A stretch of 64,000 nucleotides of DNA. Origin: Octopus sinensis. Lineage: Eukaryota. The notes under the pieces were generated by a model, which ran no database searches, was not told the DNA's origin, and saw only the letters and a list, made by a program, of their open reading frames with translations. The stretch lies in assembly GCF_006345805.1 (NCBI RefSeq), contig NC_042999.1:118978001-119042000 (forward strand), written 5' to 3'. Shown here in pieces: positions 25,776 to 38,894 of this stretch (within the stretch, counting starts at the first letter, position 1; every line of letters starts with the position of its first letter). The position numbers and the translations under genes are program-made.

Positions 25776-27793
25776 CACATGCTATATGCAAACACATACA
25801 CACATACATACGCACACACACAGACACACACACACATATACACACATATGAAACCACACATACACATTTCTTCATTGCCATATTCTAATGCTAATAACAG
25901 TACTCTCAATGCTGTTATCCAGGATAACAGCTCACTTTTGTGTATGTACACTGAACCAGGGCTCACATGTTCTTGTACAAATGGATTCACATACATGGTG
26001 GTCATGGTGATGAATAGTTAATGCCAGTTTAAAGCAGTACAGACCAGTTTTCTTTTATTCTTTTTTCTTTGTAAACTATGTGCTTGTGTAGCTTTTACAA
26101 CATTGACTATGAGTGAGTGCTAGCCAATGCAATCTTTTATCAGTTCTTCCTATCTGATCTGGACCATTAGAGATTGTTTTAGTATTTGGCTGAGCTTATC
26201 ACTATATATCTTTTGACCTCCCTGTCATTGAGCATTAATTTGGAGCTCAGAATAAAAGTCCACTTTAGAAAGCTGGACATGGGAATGCCACACAAGTTGT
26301 CCCATTCCTCTCAGCCATGATTTTAGTTAGCATTTTTTCAATATTGATGTTCTTTGCTTGCAATAGGACCTCTTACACAGAAAGAGTTACATTTAATCAA
26401 TAGGGTAGAAAATAATGTAATATCTTGATGTGTGAATATTAAGTAATTTAATGAAGTACCTTATCCCATTTAATCCTGCAAGAATTTCATGTTAAAAGTT
26501 TAAATAGTGCAATAGATTGGTCAGTGTCAGGATGGGCTAATTTGAAGCATTGACTGTTAAGCAATCTAAGATTGTCATATATCCTGTGTGGTTCCACAAG
26601 AGTAAAAATTCTCATTTGTTTGGAATTTATCTGGTTTGTTGAGTTTGATTCATAGTGTCTATTTGCATAGTTGTAAGTACGCTAACTCTGTAATTATTAT
26701 AGGTTTTTTTGTTTGTTGCTTTTATTCTATTTGCTTTAAAACTACAATCTATATATATATATTTTATTTTGGTGGTGGAGGTACCTTGATAACACCTCTT
26801 TCCCCAATTTTTATCCCCTTTTTCCCTGGCTCACCCCTTTTCCCATTATTTATTTTGGTATGATTGTACTTCAAAACCTGAACCACAGTGATAAATTGCA
26901 ATTTGAAATTAGTGCCTCTGTAACTCAGTCCTGGAGGAGTAATTTTCCTGTTAGTATGTGTCATACCAATTCCTGTTAATTCATTGCACATACTAGGGAA
27001 CAAAAAATAGCTGATGTCAGAAAAAATATCCTTCAGCCAAAGAAAGTGTCAAGAAAGGACACAATAGAAACATGTGCAAGAATATCTAAAGTAGTAACAT
27101 GCATGACATAAATGAAAAATTAGCAATTAGCAATCCAACGTACAAGCAGGTGCGATATGCTAGCTGGAATAATGTACTTGATGATTAACACTGGCTAGTA
27201 TATTATCTATTTGAGCAGAACCAGGTGCAGCATATTGGTAGAAATCAGTGATTAGCAAATGACACATCGTGTGATTTGTGCTAACAGAAATCAGAGGTTA
27301 GTGAACCAGCATTGACAACAGCACATACAATGAACTAATAGAAATTGACATGACACATGCGAATATGAAAATTACATCTCCAGGAGCTAATTTTAGATGC
27401 ACTCATCTCAAATTGTAAGTGCAAAGCACAAACTCAACATAAAGAGTATTCAAGTATTTCAAAAGCATTTGTGCAAACAGCTATGAAGTTGTATTCATAT
27501 AATCTGGAACACATCATGAAAAAATCGAATTGTTGGAATATATATGTTCTTATATTTGTTAATAAAAGTCATGCTCTCTCTGAAGATTTGACAATGTTAT
27601 CTGCTTGTAAGGTTTTCCTTCTCATTATTAGTGAAATATGTGTAAGATTTTTATAACTAAATACTTTTTGAAGAAATTTTCCTATTTTGTTTGATATATG
27701 TGTGTGTGTTTGTGTGTGTGCGCACATGTGTTTGTATGCATGCATGTGCATGTGAATGTGTAAGTATACATACATGTGTGCATATGTGTATGT

Positions 27794-27835
<42 letters not shown>

Positions 27836-28000
27836 TGAAAAGCAACGTAAGACAAAGTATAAAATGCTAAAATAATTTTATCATGAAATGGGAATGCAGT
27901 AGTTTTAATGGACACGGTATACTATATAACTCTAGTGCTATCCATATTAGAAGATATAACATGCTATGAAAAGGTCCAACACTACAGTTAGCAGAAAATA

Positions 28001-28670
28001 ATGAGAAGCCTAAAAACTCTGATGAACCTATACAGAGAAGGGCTCACCGACAAAGAATACAACTATTCATTAGCATTGAACAGGTACACATGGAGGCACA
28101 ACTTGGTCCTTAAGGTTATCTTCAATGGTATAAAGAATCAAATTCATCTCAACAACACTGAGGAAAAAGCGTTAAAAGTACCATCAAGAGAGTTCATTAC
28201 CTTCGTGCGACCAGGTCAGCAGATCCGTTTCAAGAAGAAGACCAAGAAACTTCCTGAGAAAAATGAAAAGTGGAACGGCTATTGGGAGGTAACTGCAGAT
28301 TTACCTGGGTGCCAGGTTTTCTATCCCATCCCAGTTTCGAAAAAACCAGATATTTTGATGTGGTGTGAAAGAAAGAAAGTTGTAAATATAGTCGAGCTAA
28401 CAGTTCCTCATGAAGATAATATGGACGCTGCTCGAGCTCGAAAATTAAACCGTTATGAAAACCTTCTCGAGGAATGTGAAGACGCAGGCTAGAAAGTGGA
28501 ACATTTTCCTATCGAAGTCGGATGTAGAGGGTTTGTAGGACACAGCATGAGACAACTGCTGTTATCGTTAGGCCTAACTCATCGTAAAGTCAATACCACC
28601 ATGACTGATATCCAATCTACAGTGGAGAAGGCTAGCCACTGGATTTGGTTAAAAAGAGACGATGAGTGAT
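28001..28670 (+). pseudogene. Restriction-like endonuclease domain of LINE ORF with premature stop at 28490-28492
   Basis: The ORF track 28001..28492 continues in frame past TAG (expected W) to ~28670. Confidence 0.8.
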
Positions 28671-28880
28671 GGCTAGAAGTATATTGAGTTCTTCATAACC
28701 AGCTGATCTAGCAAGCGGGGCCTCATATCAGTGAGGGGGGCTGGTGCGCATTGATGGCATTGAGAGGTAGGCCCCGAAACGGCGCGCATTCTCTCCTGAT
28801 GACCCCATACACTTGCTAGCTTCCGATATATGGAGCTTTTAACTGGTAGCACTTGCATGTGCAAGTTGTTTGCAAGACAT
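28050..28880 (+). mobile_element. 5'-truncated RLE-type non-LTR retrotransposon, HERO-like clade
   Basis: RYTWRHN, KPDIL, ELTVPHE, K..RY, then after a TAG: PIEVGCRGF...ASHWIWLKR. Has a GC-rich 3' UTR. Confidence 0.85.
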
Positions 28881-29141
28881 GACTAACTTCAAAAGTAAAT
28901 CCAGTCAATTTGACAGTATTCCTCTTTTGAATGCTTCCACCACAGACGACACTCTACAAGGGTCTTTGAATAATACCTACACAAATATTAAAATGATAGA
29001 TATATTAAGAACAGTCACTACCCATGAATTTATTTAAAACAGTTTCTACCACTACTGCTATAACCACAGCAGATCATTTTAGATCACTTGACCATTAAAG
29101 TAGATTCCATAGACAGCTCTACTACTGGGTCATACCACTCC

Positions 29142-29175
29142 CATCATCATCATCATCATCATCATCTTCTTCTTC

Positions 29176-29207
<32 letters not shown>

Positions 29208-29255
29208 CTTCTTCTTCTTCTTCTTCTTCTTCTTCTTCTTCTTCTTCTTCTTCTT
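29142..29255. repeat. (CAT)n(CTT)n microsatellite
   Basis: Directly visible. Confidence 0.95.
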
Positions 29256-29626
29256 GTCTCCTTCTTTGGCTGCTGTTGCTTAAACCATCAAACTTCAGAA
29301 CCAAACATTTCTCTGCACCCATAAACATTATTTCCTCAGTTCTACTACTATCAACCAAGCCTTCACAAAGGAAATGAGAGACAGACAAAAAAAAAAAACG
29401 GAAATGTCCTACCAATTTAAAGACTATGGAAATATTTACAAAACATTTCATATAATTTTTTCTTCAATTTAATTGTTTTTCTTGTTTTACACTTAGTTGA
29501 ATAAGTCAAAATGACTGAAACTGGTATTAACCTTTACAAAATGTATCTCATGATAAAATTATTTTAGCATTTTCTACCTTGTCTTATTTCCTTATATAAA
29601 TATATACAAATATATATTTATATAAG

Positions 29627-29671
<45 letters not shown>

Positions 29672-30626
29672 TGTAAGGAATATATATATTTAGAGAGAGA
29701 GAGAGAGAGAGAGATAAAAGTGATTTAGATATGAAACCACATAGTTTTTTTTTACTCCAGCCAATAACTAATCATAAATGGCCATTGGAGATGTAGGCAA
29801 ATTGCAGCAAATAATGGAGGAAGGAAAATAATTCTAGCTAAAGAAAGATTTGATACAAGATACAAGTCTGAAAAATAAATATAAGATTATTGTAATACTG
29901 AACATTACCTAAATTTCAGATTTTGCTCCAGGGTATGTCACGAGACTGATAGAAAGGAATGTATTAATAGCTAACTTAGCAACACAACAAAACAAAGATA
30001 TTTTCATCCATTAAATTACCTTGCATGACCAATTATGGTTTCATTACTTCAGTTGAATTTGCATGAACAATGATTTATCTTGGTTGTTCTGTCTGAACCA
30101 AGTTCATTGACATTTTATCATGACTTGAAATAATAAACTTTATAGTTAATTTATTGCTACTTATCTACTGTCAAGTTAGCTGATATTGCCTGTAAAGCGC
30201 CCAACCATTTGTAAATTTCCAATTAGTTTGTTTTCCACTCTCATGCTGTTCTTTCTATGTTTTGTGGGACTCTTCTCCTGGGAAAATAAAATTAAAAAGG
30301 TTTATTGTTTAACCAAGGCTCAAACTGAGAACACATGACATATAAGCTGAACTACTATTTGACAAACACATTAATTATATCACAAAACAAATTTAAAATG
30401 ATTAATATAAGTTCTACAATCTTCACAGCTTTACATCATGTCTCCTAATAGTATTAAATATATCACTATCACAATGTAACTGAGCTAAGGCTTCTTCAGA
30501 TATTTGTGTCTTAAAAAGTATCCCCAATAGGCCAATCTATGAGTTATTTCAGCATAGAAATGTTTGATTGTATAAAATTAAGATTCAGGACAGTGTAATA
30601 AAGTATGTTCTATACTTCTTTAATAT

Positions 30627-31062
30627 AAGTTTCAAATTCTGGCACAAGGCCAGTAATTTGGGGGGAAAGGGTAAGTCAATTGCATTGACCCCAGTGTTCA
30701 ATTTACACTTATTTTATCAACAATGATAGGATGAAAGTTTAAGTTGATTTTGCCAGAATTTGAACTCAGAATGTGTTATCCAACATGCTAATGCCTCTGC
30801 CAGCTTGCCGTCTTATACTTATTTAATATCAAAAGTGGTGTCAGGGTGGTATACAAACAGAATCATTAGCATACTGGAAAAAATGTTTAGCAGCATTTCA
30901 TCTATCTTTTCTTCTAGGTTCTGAGTTCAAATTCCACTGAGGTCAACTGTGTCCTTTATCATTTTGGGGTCGATAAAATAAGTACCAGTTGAATTCTAGA
31001 TCCAATGTAATTGATTCAATGCATCCCCTAAACTTGCTGGCTTTGTGCCAAAATTTTAAATC
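30627..31062. mobile_element. Two divergently oriented SINE family B-related copies
   Basis: The minus copy ~30627-30813 is flanked by TATACTT(C/A)TTTAATAT. The plus copy ~30841-31062 is flanked by AATAT..AAAGTGGTG. Confidence 0.65.
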
Positions 31063-32639
31063 AATATTGAAAGTGGTGATGTAAATGTTGATGAATAAAA
31101 ATGTAAAGAAAAGATAAGAGTAGCACAAACATCAAAATTCTCTAGACTATATCTTCAACTTAAACAAACAATAACAGAGAACATAGCAGATAGAGATAAA
31201 TATAGGAACATAACAATATATCATACTAATAAAATTACAAATTGAAACAGTATGTGTAGTATTTACCAAAATATACAAATAACAACAGCTGCATGATATT
31301 TATTACAAAACTTGTTTACCAAGTGTTGTAATAAACAAAGGTGTTTATAGAAGGCAAATTGTCAGAAAATGAATAGAGTATTGGAGATAGATAGAGTGAC
31401 CTATGCATAAGAGCATTATCTCCTATTTTCCTTACAACATGCATGTATTCCTGCTAAATTTAAAATGATCTCTTGTTAGCTGTTAATAAGAGTGCTGTGG
31501 CCTTTGATCTGTTGTCAAATAGGCATCGAAATAAATTGAGGAATTTGATTGACTGTAATTCTGATACAAAGGTTTAGTTGCCAGGTGAAATTGTTGACTT
31601 GCCTAACAGGTCAACCAAAATTGAAATCACTAAAGAAAACATGATCTGTGAATTACTATGTGGTGAGTTTAATTCTTGATGAGAACTGACCTGCATGGAA
31701 TAAATCATGTTGACAGAAAAAGCATTATGCTTCATGAATTCCCCTCCAAGATGACCAGAGAAAAAAGACTGCTCAGTGAATGTCATAAATAGTTGTATAA
31801 GCAATGCCTTGAAAAGACAATAGTATCATTGTAGAGCAACATACAGATAACCCACAAGGAGTAGTAAAACAACTAATAGAATTTAATGTAAAAGAATGGT
31901 AAATCAGTGAATAAATCAAAATAAAATACTGTATGTGCATATGTGATATATTATATGCACAAGATGCATGTGGCGTTTGCATGATATGTATGCTAACCAC
32001 AAGTGAAATCAACAGAAGGCAAACATCTTATGAACTTTCTTTCATGTATGTGTTTTTGATAGGTGGAACAATGAATGTCATTAGTATTTTAAAGGGTTTA
32101 CGTACTTATTATCTTGTGTTTCACATGAAAGCTTAGCTGCAATGCAGCAACATAAAAAAACTGGAGATTGAAATAAGTTTAAAAAGATAAATAAATGAGC
32201 AAACAAATAAATGTATGAATAAAAGAAGTAGACTCTAAGCTGTCACAAGTGTGTTCTTGTGTTCTTGGCAATATGTGTGTGTGTGTATGTAAAACAAAAG
32301 TAAAACTTGAATACCAAAACAATCCACTTGAAAGTAAAAGGAATACAAGAAAACAAAATAAATTTTTAAAATGATGGAAAATTGTTCAAGAAAGTTAACT
32401 GAATCAGGAATTTGTGATGTGTTGTTGTGGGGAAACAACATTGAACCTTTGGCTATGAGAAATGATTGGTTCTTTATCTTTAGACATTCAGCAATTCTCT
32501 GTTTTTCTTTTCTTTTATTTTTCTAAAATGATGAAAATATATCCATGTGAAGTATTTCCTTTGTTGATGATTTTTCTAAGTCTTGAAGTGTTTTGCATGA
32601 TAAAAGCCTGACTTCAGAACATTTTCAGTTGTACATCTT

Positions 32640-32910
32640 ATAATCATCATCATCATCATCATCATCATCGTTGTCCTTGTTGTCGTCATCATCATCATCA
32701 TCACTGTTATCATCATTGTCATCATCACTACCGCCGCTGACACCACCACCACATTCACCATTTAATGTCCATGTTTGATGTTGGCGCATGTTGGACAGTT
32801 TCACAAGTGTCCAGTAGGTCCAAAGAATGCATTGTACTCCAGTGGCTGCTTTGACTTAATTTTCACTGCTGGATGTCCTTCCTAACATCAACCATGTTAC
32901 ACTGCTACTG
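32640..32910 (-). mobile_element. RTE 3' tail fragment with expanded (CAT)n
   Basis: TTTAATGTCC...GCTGGATGTCCTTCCTAAC is homologous to the RTE 3' UTR at 46680-46850. Confidence 0.65.
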
Positions 32911-33214
32911 AGATTGTTATGCTGCTAAGGAATCTACAAAACCCAAGGAATGGTAAGGAGTTGCATCTTTATTTTAGATGGTGGTTTGAAGCATATAGAT
33001 ATGCAACTAGGTACCAATGGTTAGCATAGCTGAGGCCATATTGGAAGCCTGAGAAACTGTGCAGTTGGAAAAAAAGCTCCTTCATAAGATGGGTTATCAT
33101 ATTCTCCATGGTTACAAATTGTAGCATGAAGGCTGTAATCTTAGGCAGGGTTCACCAATTCAGCATGGAAAATTATGGAAATATGAATGGAAAGAATGAA
33201 AGAAGACACTAATA

Positions 33215-33428
33215 TACTCTTTACTCTTTTATTTGTTTCAGTCATTTGACTGCGGCCATGCTGGAGCACCGCCTTTAGTCGAGCAAATCAACCCCGGGAC
33301 TTATTCTTTGTAAGCCCAGTACTTATTCTATCAGTCTCTTTTGCCGAACTGCTAAGTGACGGGGACGTAAACACACCAGCATCGGTTGTCAAGCAATGCT
33401 AGGGGGACAAACACAGACACACAAACAC

Positions 33429-33463
<35 letters not shown>

Positions 33464-33550
33464 CATATATACGACAGGCTTCTTTCAGTTTCCGTCTACC
33501 AAATCCACTCACAAGGCATTGGTCGGCCCGGGGCTATAGCAGAAGACACC
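33215..33550 (-). mobile_element. SINE family A, head missing, low divergence
   Basis: Reverse complement of ~14955-15290 with CpGs retained. Confidence 0.85.
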
Positions 33551-33569
33551 ACGAAAATATAATACCACT

Positions 33570-33957
33570 AATAAAAACAAAAGCACTCAGGGAGCACAAA
33601 TCTCCACCAAGGCAACACCAACCTCCTCTCAATGATTGACTGGAGATGATTTTTAGAAAAGAGAATATCTGAAATAAACTCGACTGCTTTCACAAATGAG
33701 AATACTAAAAATGAACTTCACCGCTCTGAAAAAAATAAGTAAAAGTAACCAGAAAAATAATCCAGAATCCTTGTCCGGTACCGGCACTGGATTGATCCCA
33801 AAATCTAATCAGTTTGTGCCAGTCACAAGGCCAAACATCCCTGAAAGTTTCATCCAAATCCATCCAGCAGTTCTTGAGATATCTTGTCCACGGACAAACA
33901 AGCAAACAAACACGACTGAAAACAATACTTCCACCTTTGCTTAAGTGGAGGTAATAA
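33570..33957 (-). mobile_element. Non-autonomous Helentron/DINE-1-like (HINE) element
   Basis: Minus strand begins TATTACCTCCAC.., has a hairpin, a (GTTT)n tract and a GGATTTGGATGAAACTTT core, and ends CCTTGGTGGAGATTTGTGCTCCCTGAGTGCTTTT (subterminal IR plus hairpin). Confidence 0.65.
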
Positions 33958-34049
33958 CTGGATTACATAGAATCCTGAGAATGTGTTCCATGGGAGATAT
34001 TTGTAGAAGATAACTGTCTAAAAATGGAGATAGCATTAGAAAGAGATAG

Positions 34050-34405
34050 AATGTGTGTGTGTGTATCCATGCTTGTGTGCATATGTGTGTGCATGTGTGT
34101 GCATAAGTACGTGTGTGAGTATGTGGGTGTGTGTAAGTGTGTGTGAATGTGTGTGAGAGTGTATGTGCATGTGTGCATGTGTGTGCGTTTGTGCATGCTT
34201 GTGTGAGTGTGTGTGTGTGTGTGCATTAGTATGTGTGAGTGTGTGTATGAGCGTGTTTGCATGTGTGTGTGTGTGTATGCATGTGTATGCATGTGTGTGC
34301 ATGTATGTGTGCATGCCTGTGTGTGTGTATGTGTGTGCATGTGTGTACATGTGTGTGTGTAAGCATGTATGTGTGGGGGTGGGGTGTGTGCATGTGTGGG
34401 GGTGA
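34050..34405. repeat. Degenerate (TG)n/(TGCA) microsatellite
   Basis: Directly visible. Confidence 0.9.
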
Positions 34406-34852
34406 GTTGGAGAGAGAGCATTGTTTCATGTTTTCTTTATGACATGAATGGATTCCTGCCAAATGTGAAATGATCTCTGGCAAACTGTTAATAATAGTAC
34501 TTTTTATAACGAATCTCGATTCACAGCCAAGAACATCATGTGACAAGAGCTTCTAGAAGGTTCTTCAAACTTCACACAAAAAAAAAAAAAAAAAAGGTGG
34601 GCTTTTGATCTGCTGTCAAAAGGATATCAAAATAAAGTGGGTGAATTTGATTAACTGTAATTCTGATGTGAAAGTATAATTGCCAGGTGAAATTGTTTAT
34701 TTGATTGATTGGTTAAGAAAATGGAAAAATCTACCAAGAAAACATAGCCTGTGAATTGATATGCACTTGTTTCAATTTTGGACAAGACCTGACCTCCTTA
34801 CAGGAATCCTCACACCCCAAGGAAAGACAGGGTAGGATATTTTACAATGTTT

Positions 34853-35380
34853 ATGTGAAAGCATATGGCTTAGTGGTTAGGGTATTTGGCCCATGATCAT
34901 AAGGTCATGAGTTCGATACCTGGTGGTGCATTGTGTTCTTGAGCAAGACACTTTATTTCATGTTTCTCCAGTTCACTCAGTTTGTCCAGTAGGTCCAAGG
35001 ACTGTAAAGCAGTCTTTTTTTCTCTGGTAATCTTGGAGGGGAATTCATGAAGCATAATGCTTTTTCTGTCAACATGATTTATTCCATGCAGGTCAGTTCT
35101 CATCAAGAATTAAACTCATCACATAGTAATTCACAGATCATGTCTTCTTTAGTGATTTCAATTTTGGTTGACCTGTTAGTCCAGTCAACAATTTCACCTG
35201 GCAACTGTAACTGTAATTCAAAGAACCAGCCTTGTCACAGTCAGTATCTCACTGAATCTCCCTGAGAACTGTGGTAATTGTACAAATGCCTGCGAAGTGC
35301 TCAGCCACTTGTATGTTAATTTCACAAGCAGGCTGTTTGGATGAACTGGACCACTCATCGTCATAACCAATGGATTGCTA
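34853..35380 (+). mobile_element. SINE family C split by a ~225-bp templated insertion (34981-35206)
   Basis: tRNA head TGGCTTAGTGG...GAGTTCGATACC. The body resumes at CTGTAATTCAAAG. Confidence 0.7.
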
Positions 35381-35605
35381 GTTATATTCCAGCTGCTTTA
35401 CTTGTATCAGTTACTTTTAATTTGAATTGATCACATATTAGCATCCATATAATTAGGAAGCATATTTTTGAGCCAATGAGAGAGAGAATGCATGGAAGAG
35501 TTTCTATATAGCCACCCAACTAGCCAGAGATACCAGTCAATACTCCCTCAAATCACACTTTACCATCTTAAATAAGAAATAGCTACTAGATGAATGAGAT
35601 GACAT

Positions 35606-35990
35606 GTTTCTTTATAAGCCACACAGGGCTGAACACAGACTTTTCTTTTTGGGGGAAAGCACAAAAGAAAAGAAAGTGGGGTAGGTTTTCAATCAAAAGG
35701 GATCGTAAAAAGGAAAGAAAGAAAAAAAACAAAAAAACAACAATCAATAGGGATCATATATCACAGAAATGTCATGATGTAAAGTGTAAAGGGGGAAACG
35801 AATAAGGTTTATCCATGGAAAGAAAAAAGCCTATGGAAAAGACCACGGTAACCTCGATCAATAATGTCACATGTTAACACATTTATTTGCAAGTAAGTAA
35901 TTCTCTGTTTTAAATTTTTCTGGGTTCATAGGAGCATGCTCATTGTGGCTTCGTCATTCATACGTGCCATCCTTGCTATATTCACAGCTA
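35606..35990 (-). mobile_element. Probable LINE 3' end sharing its tail with SINE family B
   Basis: Minus strand ends GTCTGTGTTCAGCCCTGTGTGGCTTATAAAGAAA, compared with the SINE B end TGTGTTTAGCCCCTTGTGGGTAGTAAAGAAA. The 3' UTR is pyrimidine-rich. Confidence 0.45.
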
Positions 35991-35997
35991 TTCATAC

Positions 35998-36190
35998 CCC
36001 TAAAAGAAAAAATCCTGATTGTCATGATTGAAATGCTTTTGATGATAAATCTTCTTGATTAAAGCTGACTTGGATTGAGAAACAGAAAGCATATTATTTA
36101 CAAGTTGTTCCTCTATTTCTACAAGTTCTGATTGTTCAACATCAACTAAAATGGTGTTTCTTAATCTGGTATAGAACAGGGTTGTGACCA
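35998..36190 (-). other. Candidate exon (unverified)
   Basis: Strong acceptor TCGTTTTTCCTTTCAG, ~62 open codons of non-repetitive sequence, and a TAG just before a G|GTATGA donor-like site. Confidence 0.25.
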
Positions 36191-37472
36191 CTGAAAGGAA
36201 AAACGACAAATGGTTGTAGTAACTGGAGTCTATTTAAGAAGGGAGTTCATTATTCATTACCATGATTTTTATTATGATGCATGCAGTCTTGATTTACATG
36301 AGGCTACCTCCACAAACAGCAGCTGGTTATTAGTTGTTTATTTTTTGTCGTTGCTGTTTTTATTCATTTCTATGTGGTCTTTGAGTTATCATTTGTGGTT
36401 CATTTCTGAGTTGCTTTTATTTTTGTTAAAAACAGGAAAGAGTGATTGTTTAGGAACTTTTTACTTTCTTTACTTATTGCTCAAATTTTAAACAAAATGA
36501 ACAACAAAACTAAATTTAATATGATCCCCCTTCCCATCTTAAACAACTACAACAACACATAAAGGAAGGAATATTTTTAATTTCATCAAAAGTTTTTCCT
36601 GATAACAAGTAAGGAGGATGCTGTAGTGTGTCATGAGTTAAGTCCCTTCAACTGCTGCCAATCAAAATGATATCAGCTTCCCTTTGACAAAATGAAAATA
36701 GCATGCTATTATCATAGATGACTATAATGAGCTTTCTTATTTATCTAATTTTTAGTGGAAGAACTAATTAAAAGTAATTTAATATTATTAAAGATTAAAA
36801 TTTTATTGACAGGCAACTTTATTTCATACTGGTTTTAATTTTGTGGTAAAATTAATGCTATCATAAACTAAATTAGTGGGTAATTAATTATTTAAATTTG
36901 TAGCAGGATAAAAATAATCATTTTTCTTGGGGAGATAAAAATTATTGACCAGTGAGTATTTATTTTATAATAGCCAATATAAACCACATTGTAAAGTTAA
37001 TGTTGTAACTAGAAGACCTTAACAATCAACATGTAGAGAGTGAGAACTTTTAGAATTAGGTACTTCTATACATTAATATATCTCATTACTTTGATAATGA
37101 ATTCTTTTGTTCTTTATTGTGTTCAGAAACTGTAAGCTGCTAATTTGTTTTATTTTAACAGTCCTCACTTTTCACATTTATAAAGAATATCAATCATGAT
37201 AATGTCACTGTATTTCCAATTATAGAATAAGTGGGAGTTAAAGTAAAATGAAGTGGACTCAACTATATAAATAACTCTATATGCATTGGTTTCATTTTCT
37301 CAACAGCAGCGCTTTTACAGAGCTTTTTATAAATGACTAACAGTATAACCCGGCCTTGCCCGGGATTAAGTTACGATTATTAAGCTAATCAAGTTCTTTA
37401 TTTCAAACCAAACTAAGTAATATAGACGTCAAATTTGGGCGAAATCCGTTGAAATTAGTTATATTATATATA

Positions 37473-37718
37473 TCATCATCATCATCATCATCATCATTTA
37501 ACGTCCGTTTTCCGCGCTAGCACGGGTTGGACGGTTTCGACCGGGGTCTGGGGAGCTCGGGACTGCCCCAGGCTCCAGTCTAGTCTGGCAGTGTTTCTAC
37601 AGCTGGATGCCCTTCCTAACGCCAACCACTCCGCGAGTGTAGTGGGTGTTTTTTACGTGCCACCTGCACAGGTGCCAGAGGGGTCTGGCATCGGCCACGT
37701 TCGGATGGTGCTTTTTAT
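37473..37718 (-). mobile_element. Young RTE 3' tail fragment
   Basis: (CAT)n-TTTAACGTCCGTTTTCC...GCTGGATGCCCTTCCTAACGCCAACCACTCC. Confidence 0.85.
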
Positions 37719-38818
37719 GGGGGGGTGCAGAAATATAGGGGAGCACCAGTGGGAGGGATGGTTCAGAGGACAGGTACTAGGCAAGTAGAACGTAGGATAC
37801 CGAGAGAGGGGTAATGCATGGTGAAATAGCGTATTGAAGAGGGGGCTTCAAATAGTAGACACCTATAATGGTGGTGGGGCGGTGCAAAATATAGGGGAGC
37901 ACCAGTGGGAGGGGTGGTTCAGAGGACAGGTTCTAGGCAAGTAGAACGTAGGATATCGAGAGAGGGGTAATGCATGCTGAAATAGCGTATTGAAGAGGGG
38001 GGTTCAAAGAGTAGACACCTATAATGGTGGTGGGGGGGTGCAGAAATATAGGGGAGCACCAGTGGGAGGGGTAGTTCAGAGGACAAGTTCTAGGCAAGTA
38101 GAACGTAGGATATCGAGAGAGAGGTAATGCATGGTGAAATAGCGTATTGAAGAGGGGGGTTCAAGAGTAGACACCTATAATGGTGGTGGGGGGGTGCAGA
38201 AATATAGGGGAACACCAGTGGGAGGGGTGGTTCAGAGGACAGGTTCTAGGCAAGTAGAACGTAGGATATCGAGAGAGGGGTAATGCATGGTGAAATAGCG
38301 TATTGAAGAGGGGTGTTCAAAGAGTAGACACCTATAATGGTGGTGGGAGGGTGCAGAAATATAGGGGAGCACCAGTGGGAGGGGTGGTTCAGAGGACAGG
38401 TTCTAGGCAAGTAGAACGTAGGATATCGAGAGAGGGGTAATGCATGCTGAAATAGCGTATTGAAGAGGGGGGTTCAAAGAGTAGACACCTATAATGGTGG
38501 TGGGGGATGCAGAAATATAGGAGAGCACCAGTGGGAGGGGTGGTTCAGAGGACAGGTTCTAGGCAAGTAGAACGTAGGATATCGAGAGAGGGGTAATGCA
38601 TGGTGAAATAGCGTATTGAAGAGGGGGGTTCAAAGAGTAGACACCTATAATGGTGGTGGGGGGGTGCAGAAATATAGGGGAACACCAGTGGGAGGGGTGG
38701 TTCAGAGGACAGGTTCTAGGCAAGGAGAACGTAGGATATCGAGAGAGGGGTAATGCATTGTGAAATAGCGTATTGAAGAGGGGGGTTCAAAGAGTAGACA
38801 CCTATAATGGTGGTGGGA
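37719..38818. repeat. Tandem array, 7 x ~157 bp, purine/G-rich
   Basis: The TGCAGAAATATAGG anchor recurs at ~37726, 37883, 38039, 38195, 38352, 38508 and 38665. Confidence 0.95.
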
Positions 38819-38894
38819 GAAACGACATCCGGTATAGTTGGAGCAAAATAGAGATATTCGGTATTGGTGGTGGGGGTGGGTAGGGCGGCGCGCC

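Noticed and set aside
28770-28810. GAAAC...CTGATGA as a type-II hammerhead
   Set aside because: The would-be stem II strands are both CCCC and cannot pair.
34860-34925. tRNA genes at SINE heads (also 14869, 43450-43521)
   Set aside because: A/B boxes are present, but there is no complete cloverleaf and each continues into a SINE body.
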